This document shows positions 12,400 to 24,014 of a stretch of 64,000 nt of DNA, piece by piece (the stretch's first letter is position 1; the number at the start of each line of letters is the position of its first letter). The notes under the pieces were generated by a model, which ran no database searches, was not told the DNA's origin, and was given only the letters and a program-made list of their open reading frames with translations. The DNA is from Octopus bimaculoides (Eukaryota). The DNA is taken from the NCBI RefSeq assembly GCF_001194135.2, contig NC_068983.1, positions 154,984,944 to 155,048,943 on the forward strand. Reading direction: 5' to 3'. The position numbers and the translations under genes were made by a program.

Positions 12400-13020
12400 C
12401 CTTCTCTGTTTTATTATTTGTGAGTGTCTTGTAATTCATTTGGAACAATAAAGTTTCTAAATCCAGCCACAATGCTTCCAGACTTTTACAGCTTCATCCT
12501 CAGGTTATATGAAGTGTTGATGGCCTACATAACTGCCTGTCTTACAGTAGGCAAATGCAAGTTATGTAGAATTTAGAATTTTGCTCTCAAGCTTTATATC
12601 ATCAGTCACAGTGTTGTATTATGCTATTAGTATTGGTTCCATCATATATCACCTATTTCTCTGGGGAATTCTACTTTAGTATGGTTGTATTGTCTACTTA
12701 TGTTTCTATCACTACTTCTTGTAAGTGCATGGTGCATCTACAAGATAGTGTTGTATAAGTATGGCCAGTGGAACAGTAGAATCATGAAGTTTACAACTTT
12801 GATGTTTATCTCAAATCTAAATATATCATACACCATACTTCCATCACTATTTCTGCTTTATTGCCTGTTATTCACCATGGTATCCAGCACCCTGTTATCG
12901 CTTGCCATAGTCTTTTGTTATCACCTTTATGAGGCACAGGATTTCAAGATTAGTATTCATCCCATATTTTTCTACATAGAATACTTGGCACTTTATACAA
13001 CTGACATCCACTATTTGCAT
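12400..13020 (-). mobile_element. Possible decayed 3' end of a Penelope-like retroelement (GIY-YIG relic plus hammerhead-like tail)
   Basis: Minus 13020-12961 translates MQIVDVSCIKCQVFYVEKYG, a CxxCxxxYV spacing like the PLE GIY-YIG motif CxxCxxxYIG. Further downstream are CTGAGGA (12503-12497), GAAAC (12457-12453) and an AATAATAAA end. Many stops. Confidence 0.3.
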
Positions 13021-13300
13021 CACATTCTCATGGTGTCCTTTCCTACATTTAGTTTTCTTAATATCTAGCTTTTAGATTATTTGTGCGCCATCATTCATAT
13101 TCTCTAACATTACTCATCAAGTAGATGTGTGGGGTTAATGTGTGTTTGTGTGTGTGTGCCTGCTTGGATTCACCTGCCCACCTGTAGGTATTTATGTATG
13201 TGTGTAGCTATAGCTATGTACATATCTGTATATGCATATACATATCTATCTATCTATATATCTATCTATCTGTCTATCTATCTGTGTTTGTGTGTCTGTG

Positions 13301-13490
13301 TTTGTCCCTCCACCATCGCTTGACAACCGATGCTGGTGTGTTTACATCCCCGTAACTTAGTGGTTCGGCAAAAAGAAACCGATAGAATAAGTACTAGGCT
13401 TACAAAGAATAAGTCCTGGGGTCAATTTTCTCGACTAAAGGCGGTGCTCCAGCATGGCCGCAGTCAAATGACTGAAACAAGTAAAAGAGT
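13301..13490 (+). mobile_element. SINE family A, 3' half
   Basis: Near-identical to the 3' half of 753-1166 (CATCGCTTGACAACCGATGCTGG...CAGTCAAATGACTGAAACAAGTAAAAGAG). Confidence 0.9.
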
Positions 13491-13531
13491 ATATATATAT
13501 ATATATATGGAATCTATCCATNNNNNNNNNN

Positions 13532-13583
<52 letters not shown>

Positions 13584-14355
13584 ACATTGACATACATATA
13601 TATAGTTGGCTTCTATACAGTTTCCATCTCCCAGTTTCACTCAAGGCACTAGTTGACCCAGTGCCATGGTAGATTATAGCTCAAGACAGTGTGCAATAGG
13701 TCCGAGTTTGAGACCACTTGGCAGTGAAATGACATTCTTAACCACATAGTCATGTGTGGATATGTGTGTGTTTCTGTGTATGTTTGATTAGGTTAGATTA
13801 AATACACAGATGGAATTATTGATGAAGTGTTAGACTGATGGAATCATTGATTGGTAGATTGATAGGATCATTGATTGGTAATTTGATAGTTAACATAAAA
13901 GGATGTATAGATTGACCAATAGACAGATAGAAAGACGGATATTGATTGATTAAACTCATTCAATTAATTCAAATATTCTTTTAATCCTTCCCTCTGGCAC
14001 CTGTGCAGGCAATAATTTTCAATAAACTGCAGCTTCTGTTGCCATTACGATTGTTACAGCAGATGAAATGCACTTTCATGCAATTCTTTATTCCAACTTT
14101 AAACACACAAATGCACTCACATTGCTGTCCTAATTTGGTATATATATATATAGAGAGAGAGAGGAGGTAGAGGAGGAGGAGGAAGTGGATAATGCGTGTG
14201 CGTGTGTGGGTGTAAAACTGATGCTGTCTGATACGATACCATTTCCTTTCACTGTATTTGTGTGTGTATGAAAGAGCAGTAGAATGTGTGTGTATGCGAG
14301 TGGGTTGTAACCATTTATTTTTTGCTTGTGCATGTGTTCACTTGTGTTACAATAG

Positions 14356-14357
<2 letters not shown>

Positions 14358-14397
<40 letters not shown>

Positions 14398-14690
14398 ATC
14401 TAATATATCTATATGTACGTATGTGTGTATATGTATATATATATGTATGTGTATATATATGTATGTGTATATATATATGTATGTGTATATATATGTATAT
14501 ATATATATATGTGTGTGTGTGTGTATCTGTGTGTGTGTGCGTGTGTGTGTGTGTATATCTGTATGTGTGTGTGTATGTATATATGTGTGTGTGTGTGTGT
14601 GTGTATGTATATCTGTATGTGTGTGTGTGTGTGTATGTATATCTGTATATGTGTGTATGTGTATGTATATCTGTATGTGTGGTGTGTATG

Positions 14691-14737
<47 letters not shown>
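14358..14737. repeat. Compound (TA)/(TG)/(TATG) microsatellite
   Basis: Low-complexity alternating purine-pyrimidine tract read directly. Confidence 0.95.
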
Positions 14738-14741
<4 letters not shown>

Positions 14742-15044
14742 AATCTGGAAAGAAAGGAAATAGAAATTCTGTAAGAAAAAAGTGGGACCAACTAATCTGG
14801 AGAAGAGCTCTACTGCCAAGTGGCAGCAGAGTTTACTGTTGTAGACAATNNNNNNNNNNNNNNNNNNNNNNNNNNNNNNNNNNNNNNNNNNNNNNNNNNN
14901 NNNNNNNNNNNNNNNNNNNNNNNNNNNNNNNNNNNNNNNNNNNNNNNNNNNNNNNNNNNNNNNNNNNNNNNNNNNNNNNNNNNNNNNNNNNNNNNNNNNN
15001 NNNNNNNNNNNNNNNNNNNNNNNNNNNNNNNNNNNNNNNNNNNN

Positions 15045-15100
<56 letters not shown>

Positions 15101-16003
15101 TTCATGTGGAAAATGATTGGAATAAATTGAATTATTATACAGAAACTCTTTGTGTATGTTGAAGAAAGTGGAGCAAGCTTTGATGATGTAGCAGGGAATT
15201 TTTTTTGCTTTTAGCCCAAGGTCAACTTTCATCCAGTAGGACTACAATCAAGAGCATTTCAGTAGGACCATTTTGTCATTTTACTGACATAATGTAGCGA
15301 GCATGTCAGACTAATTCAGCATCGAGAATTATCTAATAGTCCTTCTTTAAGATGGTAGTGTGTATGTTGAAAGATTTGTTGCTGCTGCTATTTCAAGAGA
15401 TTTTGTGGCTGCTCACTTTTTAGCTTAGATCATTTGGGTTTGATGCAAATGTGTATCCCCAAACCTGAAGGAATTTTTAAGGGTTATCAATGCTTATCTT
15501 CACTTTGATAGTGTTAAGCTAATGAAGAGCAAATCTCTTCCCCTGCTCCTGAAGTCTGTCCTAAATCAATATTTTATCAAATTATTCTATGAAATATATA
15601 TATAGTCTTAGGAATCTAGTGCTGGTTTGTATCACCTAATATTGAGTACACAAGTCACTCATCATAAAACTTGAAGTACATGCACATACAGCAGTATACC
15701 AAACTTCATTGAACCACCAAACACAGCTGGTACAGCCAGTAGAGAGTACAAACACAGAGTGCAGATTTGCTTTGGCAGATGAGTACAAATGTTTTGAGTA
15801 AAACCTTTTTACCAGAGGAGAAGTACTGCTTTCATGGCAAACCAACCTTTTTTTCTGCTTCTGACCTGCTTTAGTCTGCACTAGATTTGAATTCCAGTCC
15901 TTTACAGTCATAGTCTTATTATCCTGATTTAATCTATTCGGTTGTTTTACATTTTCGATTATGATTGATAATGAAATTTCAAGTCAGTGAGTTTTAGGCT
16001 TGT

Positions 16004-16119
16004 TAGTCAATGAATTTGAAGCAGAGACCATCATAGTTATTATGTGACAAAAGGAGAACACTAGTCAATGAATTTGAAGCAGAGACCATCATAGTTATTA
16101 TGTGACAAAAGGAGAACAC
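16004..16119. repeat. Perfect 58-bp tandem duplication
   Basis: TAGTCAATGAATTTGAAGCAGAGACCATCATAGTTATTATGTGACAAAAGGAGAACAC at 16004-16061 and 16062-16119. Confidence 0.95.
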
Positions 16120-16201
16120 AGTTGAAAGATGTGACAATGTTTGGAGGACATTGGTTTGTGTAGGATCATTTCTTTTGTCAACGAATTGCCTTTTTTCTCA
16201 G

Positions 16202-16281
16202 GAACTGGTCCAGGATATTTTGTGCATGTCTTCTTAGCAATAGCTGTTGTTGCCTTTAGTGTTTGGTCAGAATGGATTTGA
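16202..16281 (+). CDS. Candidate terminal coding exon, (G)TGPGYFVHVFLAIAVVAFSVWSEWI-stop; hydrophobic, GPI-signal or TM-like
   Basis: Acceptor ttgccttttttctcAG at 16200-16201, phase 1, 25 codons to TGA at 16279-16281. The region is pyrimidine-rich with other acceptor-like sites, so chance is not excluded. Confidence 0.25.
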
Positions 16282-17753
16282 CAAACTTAGAATCAAATAT
16301 GGTTATCCCAGAAGATTCCAACCTGACCACAATGTTTAGTTCTTTCTCTTCAGAATGTTGACCCTCTGGAATTTTCTCCATGCTCATTTTTTTCATTCAG
16401 CTATCCATAAGGACTATTCACAAGCAACTGCATTGATTTTACTGGTCTTAGAGGACCTGCAAAACCCATAGGCATTGGTTCCTTTTCCAATGAAAACAAA
16501 GAAGAATGAAAAAAAAAGAATGATTCTTGCGCCTTTATTGGGAAATCTGATAAAGGGTTACATTATCCAATGCAACCTTCCTTTTTCAAGATAGTATCTT
16601 GACTTGAAAGAGATGTAGCTCTGTTTCTAGACCAGGCAACCTTATTAAAGTTTTGCTAATGGCTTGTGCGTGTTAGTGGATTGTAGTCTTTGATATTTTA
16701 ACACTAACTCTAGTGTGGGTAAATAATTGCATGCCATAGAGGTTTAACATATAGAAATATATTCTGGTTGTGTAGAAGACTGTTGTACTATAATTGATGT
16801 GTTTGTGTGTGTGTGTGTGTGTGTTTTGGTGTATCAGACAACTATTATAATCAGACAGATATATTAGTGTATGTATTTGTATATGATGCGTGTTGAATGT
16901 TTTTGTCAACTTGTGTATGTATGTTTGATTGTGCACTCATGTAATTGTGTGCATTGTGTATATGTTGGTTGTTTATATTTGTGTTTGATTGTATATGTGT
17001 AACTGTACATTTGTGTATATGTACTGTGTATGGTAGGTGTGTGTATAAATGTATATGTGTACTTTACACATGTGTATGGGGTGATGGTTGTAAAGATGCC
17101 TGTATATATATATATATATATTTGAATGCATGCTGTTTAAACTTCTATGTATATGTGTTTATCTGTTAATTTTAATAAGCTTAAGAATGAGGCTTAATTT
17201 TTGAATGCATGTAGGATGGGGCAGGTACATATTTAAATCTTTAGATGCTTTCATCTTCTCATTGCCTTCACCTACCCATACCTTCCTATCTGTCTATTTA
17301 TCCATCTATCTATCTGTTTGTCTGCTTGGCTATATCCTTAATCCCCTCTTTATTAAGTATTTATTAAATTGGTTTATTTGAAGATTTACCCATTGCTGCC
17401 AAGGAGGAAACAATAGGGGAGGCTATGACACTCATCAACCAATCACGTTGCCCAACATGTCAGCTCATCACCTAATCCACCCTCTTACATTACCTCAAAG
17501 GGCCAAGAGTCAGTGCAAGGATGTGGTTGGAGCACTGTGTGTGTGTGCGTGTGTATGTATGTGTGTGTCAACAATAAGACAGAGGGAGAATACAATGACA
17601 GTTGCCCAAAGCTAATCTGAGGATTAGATAATACAATTAAAGAAAATAGAGCTCCCTTGTTACATGAACACAATGGATTTCTCATAATCCCTCACTCTTA
17701 TGGCAATAAAAGAAGCATATTATTATTGTTGTTATTATTATTATTATTATTAT

Positions 17754-18810
17754 CGAGCTGGTAGAATTGTTAGCATGACAGACAAGATGCTGAACATTTC
17801 CTTGGGTTTTACATTCTGAGTTCAAATGCTGCGATGGCCAACTTTGCCTTTAATCATTTCAGGGGTCTGTAAAATACCAGTTGAGTACTGGGTTGATGTA
17901 ATTGACCAGCCACCTCCACCCCCACTCCCCACAAATTACAGGACTTGCACCTATAGTCGAAAAAGATTATAATTATTATTATTATTATTATTAAGGTGAC
18001 AAGTAGGTAGAGTCATTAGCATGCTGGGCAAAATGCTTAGTGGCATCTTTACGTTCTGAGTTCACATTCTGCCGGGGTTGACTTTGCGTTTCATCCTTTC
18101 GGGGGTCAATAAATTAAGTACCAATAAAACACTGGGGTTGATGTAATCAACTAGTCCCCACTGTCAAAATTTCAGGCCTTGTGCCTTTAATAGAAAAGAT
18201 TATTATTATCGGCAGTATATTTGGACGCTAGACAAAATGACTCGGTTCTTAATGTTCAGATCCCACAAAAGCTATGATTACTTTTCATACTTTCACGGTT
18301 GATTATGTACCAGAGACGTGCTGCCTGAGTAGGCAAGGTAGGCAGTGTCTAACCTGAATGAAATAGATCGATAGTAACTTTTTCCTTTTTATGGCAAAAT
18401 ACGTACCTAATTCAATAAAATTATGAAGGTCACTCTGATTACTATGCATAAAATACAAAGTATTTTATTTTTTTGTAGATTAGGTAGGCATAATACGCCC
18501 CTGCCTTTCAATCTCAGTATTAAAACTACGCATAGTATTGCTATAGTACACGTGCTGCGTACATTCCTACAACAACATTTTCTTTATGCACTATAAAGGC
18601 AGAAGTAAATCTGTCTACAACTCAGTTGCGTACCTATGTTTCACTTATTTGTTTTGTGAGTTTTACTACATAAACATCACGAGCTGCCTACCCTGCATAA
18701 TTCCTGATGGCATGTGCCTGTTATGTACCTATCCAGTACTGGGGTTAATTTAGTTGATTAACCCACCACCACCAATTTCAATTTGTTATCCCGTGCTTAT
18801 GTTATTAGGA
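17754..18810 (+). mobile_element. Three head-to-tail SINE family B copies joined by (TTA)n; the third is interrupted by a hAT-type MITE
   Basis: Copies start near 17754, 17995 and 18211, each preceded by (TTA)n. The first two carry TTCTGAGTTCA-A-T, GACTTTGC-TTT-ATC-TTTC-GGGG and ACTGG-GTTGATGTAAT; the third is more degraded. Confidence 0.8.
18311..18720. mobile_element. hAT-type non-autonomous DNA transposon (410 bp)
   Basis: Exact 8-bp TSD TTATGTAC at 18303-18310 and 18721-18728; imperfect TIR CAGAGACGTGC / GCATGTGCCTG; subterminal GGTAGGCA / TGCCTACC motifs. The host SINE continues on both sides. Confidence 0.75.
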
Positions 18811-20054
18811 ATATAGAGGACAGAAATGGTGGAACAGCTGAGTGATATGAGTTGCACTAACTTGAGTTACATTGCTTGGTCCAGAGTACAAAGATGGCTG
18901 AAGTTGAATTTGCCTTTTAGCTTTTTTTTTTTTGTTTGTTTGGAGGAATATAATAAAATAGGATACCGCTCTATATCTGATGGTTGTTCAGTTTATTTGT
19001 TGGAGAATTGGACAAAACATTCTTCAAGTATTTGTTCTGAATTCAAATCTTGCCAAGATTAACTTTTCTTTCATTCTTTCGGGATCAATGAAATAGTCCC
19101 AATCAAGTATTGATGTAAATAATACCAACTACTACCCATCCCCCAATGCCTCAAAATTGCTGGCCTTGTGCTTATATCAGGCTGGCACTTTGTATAATAT
19201 AGTTCTGAATACATTATGCCTGAATATATGAATATATGGTTATAGTTGGTTAGGTTTTAAATGCCTGGTTGTGTAGACTAGCAGAATCTAGTACCATTTG
19301 GTATTTTGTTACAGTCCATTACATTTCTGAGTTAAGATTCACAGAGGTCAACTCTGTCTTTGCTTCTTATCCTCCTAGGGTCAATAAAATAAAATGCCTG
19401 GTCAATAAAATAAAATGCCAATCAAGTAATGGGCTTGATATAATCTGCAATACTCATCATCATCATTTGATGTCCGTTTCCATGCTGGCATGGGTTGGAT
19501 GGTTTGACAGGAGCTAACTAGCTAAAGGGCTGTTCAGGCTCCCTGTCTGTTTTGACATAGTTTCTACAGCTAGATACCTTCCCTAATGCCAACCACTTTA
19601 TATCATGTTCTGGGTGCTTTTACACGACGCCAACATCACTCCTCAACAAAATATATAACCTTGTACTTATGGTAGAAATCAGTCATAAATCTACTGGATT
19701 CGATCTTGCATTTTGTCTAAAACAACAACAAAATTACTATTCTGTTCAAGTACCGTGCCTTATCAAATGAAATCCTTATTAAGATCATCGTAAGAGCTTT
19801 TTTTTCTATGATGACTTGTCTCTAATCAGTGTTGTGGTTTAATTTTAAATCAATCCAGATTGAATAGAAGGTTCTAATCATGAACATGCTTTCTTTTTGT
19901 ATATCATTATTCCTTCTTTTTAAGGCACCATAGGATTTGATTTGAAGGAGCATTTGTTGCTATTTTTTGCAGTTTGAGCAGCTGTGTATAGATGCTTTCT
20001 TGGTTGACCTGGCCACTAAACCTCGTAATATAGAAAAGGCAACACTGAAAATAT

Positions 20055-20255
20055 CATCAATGGACCTTGTACATAGTCAATTGCCTTACTAGAAATAGCA
20101 ACCAAATCTTCAAATTACACTTTATCATTTCGAAAAAAAAAGAAGAATGCATTGGACAATGTATTCCCAGACACCATTAAAAGACAGGATTGTTGTTGAA
20201 TATTCTTTTACCATAGTTCCACTCAAGGCTGACCGAGGGCTAAACAACAACATAA
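20055..20255 (+). mobile_element. Old SINE-like dispersed repeat, family I (degraded copies also near 19850, 22190, 37640, 48740, 51600)
   Basis: Shared motifs CTAGAAATAGCA-CCAAATCT...CATTGGA-AATGTA...GGCTGACC-GGGCTAAACAACAAC recur on both strands. Confidence 0.6.
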
Positions 20256-21106
20256 TAGTCATTTCAAATTTAAAAGCTTGTGATAAACTGTTATTGCTGT
20301 TGCAGTCTTTTGTCTGCGGCAACAATATTACAAAAGAGAATGCGAGTCCATATGTGTGTTTATGTGTGTGTATGTGCATCTGTTATGCATATGTTTGTGC
20401 AATGTGTGCTTGTGTGTGTGTGTGTGTGTGTGTGTCTGTGTTTCTATTTTTGTTCATTGATATGCCTGTTTTTTATCTGTAGCTATATATTTCTTGATCG
20501 ATCGAGCTATCTATATTAATCTATATGTTTTATTGATCTTTAGTTGTCTATCATTTGTTACTTTATCAATCAGTTTTGTCTATATATCTACCTTCTACCC
20601 ACCTACTTATCTATCTGTTAGGAAATCTATCAATCCATTCTTGTCTTCATACATACATACATACATGTGTGTGTATATATATGTGTTTGTGTGTGTGTGT
20701 GTGCTTGTATGTATGAATCTGTGTGTATGGTCTTTCTCTTTTCCTTCCTTGTCTCTCTCTCTCTCTCTCTCTCTTTATCTCTTTGTGCCCCCCCTCTCTC
20801 TCTTTATCTGTTTGTGCCCCCCCCCTCTCCATACACAGGCATGTCTCAGTCTCTTTGTCTCTCTCAACATTTTCTATCACTCAAACAAAAGATTTGTGAA
20901 AAAAAAAACATGTAATCTCACAAAATAGAGTAATCTTCTATTNNNNNNNNNNNNNNNNNNNNNNNNNNNNNNNNNNNNNNNNNNNNNNNNNNNNNNNNNN
21001 NNNNNNNNNNNNNNNNNNNNNNNNNNNNNNNNNNNNNNNNNNNNNNNNNNNNNNNNNNNNNNNNNNNNNNNNNNNNNNNNNNNNNNNNNNNNNNNNNNNN
21101 NNNNNN

Positions 21107-21147
<41 letters not shown>

Positions 21148-22635
21148 CTAACATTTTCAAAGCTTATCTAGGCTAATGCAGGAACATATTCGCTCGCACC
21201 CTCCACCTCCTTTTCCCGTCCCCTTTGCTCACACAAAGACTTCAAAATATAGAGTGAAAAATACCCAGTTGTACTTGCTTTGATTGAGTTGTAGAAATGA
21301 TGAAATGCCAAAGAATACAAAAGCTCTGCTGCATGTAGTTATGTCTCCTCATTCTTTTGTTCTTTTATGGGTTGGTTTCAGTTATTGAATTATGGCCATG
21401 CTGGGCTAGCGCCTTCAAGAGCGTAACTTTTCATACCAACCTGCCTGAGATCACCTTTATTTAGTTCTTTGATATAAACTTCCTGTTTTAGAAGTGATTG
21501 AAATTAAAACCTTCCCATTAAGATTTCATGTTAATTTATGCTTTAGACACCTGTTTAGTAATCGTTAACATATTATTTTTTACTTGTACCAGTTATTGGA
21601 CTGTGGCCAGACTGCAGCACTTCCTTGAAGTGTTTAGTCGAATCAACCCTAGTACTTTTTTTGTTTTAAATCTGGTACTTATTCTATGATGGGCTTCCAT
21701 ACACTTTCTTTCTACTAAATTCATTCGCAAAGCATTGGCCGTCCTGGAGCTATAGTAGACACTTGCCCAAGGTGTCTTACAATGGAGCATGGACCCAAAA
21801 CTACATGGTTGCAAAGTGAGTTTCTTAACCTCACAGCTAAAGCTGTGTATTTCAGAACCCCACAAAATAAAGGGGTACAAAAGGGTTCATCAATCATATC
21901 AACCTCAGTATTTCGTTTGATACTTGTTTTATCAATCTTGGAAGCGGTGAAAGTAAAGTGTGACTTGGAGTAGGATTTCAACTCAACAGTTTAAAGAGAC
22001 AACCAAATGCCACAATTTTTTTTTTATCCAATGATTTGTCAGTTCTGCCAAACTGCTGACAAATTTTGTGTTTCGTGATTAAGTTTGTGACAGTAAAGGC
22101 ATCCAGTCATAGAACATTGCTTTGAGAAAATACTTTGCGTCTAACAGCATAAAAAAGCAAAAATTGAAACAATGGTAACAGTAATGAATTATTGGACAAT
22201 ATAGCCCTGAGTGTACAAAAGAGATAACTTAGTCAAGTATGCTCAATCAAGACTCACCTGGCACTAAACAACAACAACAACAGCAACATCATTTACGTCA
22301 TATTCATATTCTTGTTTGTTTGTAAATATTTTCTAGAAAGAGTAGCTTGCTTGAGATGTAGCTTGTAAATTGTTGCCTGTCTTCTCAGAAACACATTAAA
22401 CAGAAGAACTATTAGCAGATGTTAGCTGCTCTGAAAAGCCTATGATATGAAACTTAACTAATTGTCGTTATCATCAGCATAACATTTATTATCATCAACC
22501 TCAGCCTTCTCCTCCTTGTCATCACCAGCCAGGGTACTCCCAGAGTTGTTATCTGCCATGCTGCAGGAGCCTCTCTTCCATCATACTCCACTCAATTAAT
22601 CACCCACCATCCCTTACTATATGATCTACACTCAC

Positions 22636-22689
22636 CTGGTTATGCGCAGCTACTTCTATTTCTGTAGCTACATCTTCAGATAAACACAT
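22636..22689 (-). CDS. Candidate 54-nt phase 0-0 exon, MCLSEDVATEIEVAAHNQ
   Basis: Strong donor CAG|GTGAGT (GT at 22635) and only one open frame. The acceptor ttaacaattAG is weak. Confidence 0.2.
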
Positions 22690-22898
22690 CTAATTGTTAA
22701 CCTTTATTAAAGACAAACAGTAGTATTAAGACGGTGTTTTCATATTTCTACTTATTCACTAGATAAGCGCAAGTGTGGCTCTATGGTAAGAAGTTTGCTT
22801 CCCAACCACATGGTTCTGGGTTCAGTTCTACTGCATGGCACATTGGGCAAGTGGGATCTCTTCTGTTTGGCTCACAGATTTTAAAACTGTTTTTCTTT

Positions 22899-23368
22899 AA
22901 CTAAACAATTTGAAACTTCGTATACTGGTGTAATTTTTCACACTGAACACACTTTACTTTCAACATTTTTGACAAAATTTTGTATTTTAGAAGTTATTTA
23001 ATGTTTGTTGTATTTGGGTAATTTTAACCAATGAACAATGTGTATTCAGTTGAAGAAACCGACTGCTGTTTGCGATAGTAATCGAAGAGCAAGAACTTCC
23101 GGGTCATCTCTACTAAATGTATTTTTCAACCACGTGTGGATTACATTTAGTGGGCATGACCCAGAAGTTGTTGCTCTTCGATTACTATCGCAAACAACAG
23201 TAGGTTTCTTCTGCTGAATACACGTCGTTGATTGGTTAAAATTACCCAAATACGACAACTTTAACATAAAATAACTTCTAAAATACGGAATTTTGTCAAA
23301 AAATGGAAAGTAAACCATGTTCAGCATGAGAAATTACACCAGTATATGAAGTTTCAAATTGTTTAGTT
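22899..23368. mobile_element. About 470-bp foldback (whole-length imperfect palindrome) element, MITE-like
   Basis: The left arm AACTAAACAATTTGAAACTTCGTATACTGGTGTAATTT aligns with the reverse complement of the right arm over about 225 bp; centre near 23131. It lies between a 5' part (22766-22860) and a 3' part (23390-23620) of a family A SINE. Confidence 0.8.
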
Positions 23369-23871
23369 GAAACAATAATTTTAGAAATCTCTGAACCAAA
23401 CTGAAGAGATTTGGCAAGTGTCTTGGGTCGACCAAGCCCATTGTATATGCCCTCCACCATCACTTGACAACTGGTGTCGGTGTGTTTCCATCCCCATGGA
23501 CTGGCACTTCAGTGAAAGATACTGATAGAATAAGTACCAGGCTTTGATCAATTCAGGCAAATAAAATTCTTCATGGTAATGCCCCAGCATGGCCTCAGCC
23601 TAATGACTGAAACCAGTAAGAAAAAAAAAAAAAAAAGAAAGAAAAGAAAAATCAGTTTCCAGGGTTTAGTTGATACCATTGCTGGCAGTATTTCACTGGC
23701 AGATAGAACTGAACAATAAAAAGCTGGTATGAATGCTATAAGGCCATTTTGTCTAATGCCCTAATGAGAGTCCAATGCTTCTCAGTGAATAGTGTGTCTT
23801 AGACACACTCTCTGACATAAAAGAAAAAGGAAAGAAAATTCCTACATAATGAAACCAATAAGCACACTCAG

Positions 23872-23911
<40 letters not shown>

Positions 23912-23965
23912 NNNNNNNNNNNNNNNNNNNNNNNNNNNNNNNNNNNNNNNNNNNNNNNNNNNNNN

Positions 23966-24014
<49 letters not shown>

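Noticed and set aside
12685-13068. 127-aa hydrophobic ORF resembling a membrane protein
   Set aside because: No recognisable family; composition fits the antisense of a purine-rich decayed element on the minus strand.
14258-15232. Multi-frame ORFs of YI/CV/HT repeats (also 34675-35027, 39547-40266, 56384-57020)
   Set aside because: These are translations of microsatellites that lack stop codons.
15636-16480. Minus-strand open frame of about 115 codons and a GFAGPL integrase-like motif near 16460
   Set aside because: The length is within chance expectation for this window and downstream integrase or RT motifs could not be traced.
17754-18810. Repeat-spacer-like periodicity suggesting a CRISPR array
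   Set aside because: Units are about 200-bp diverged SINEs, with no short identical repeats and no cas genes, in eukaryotic context.
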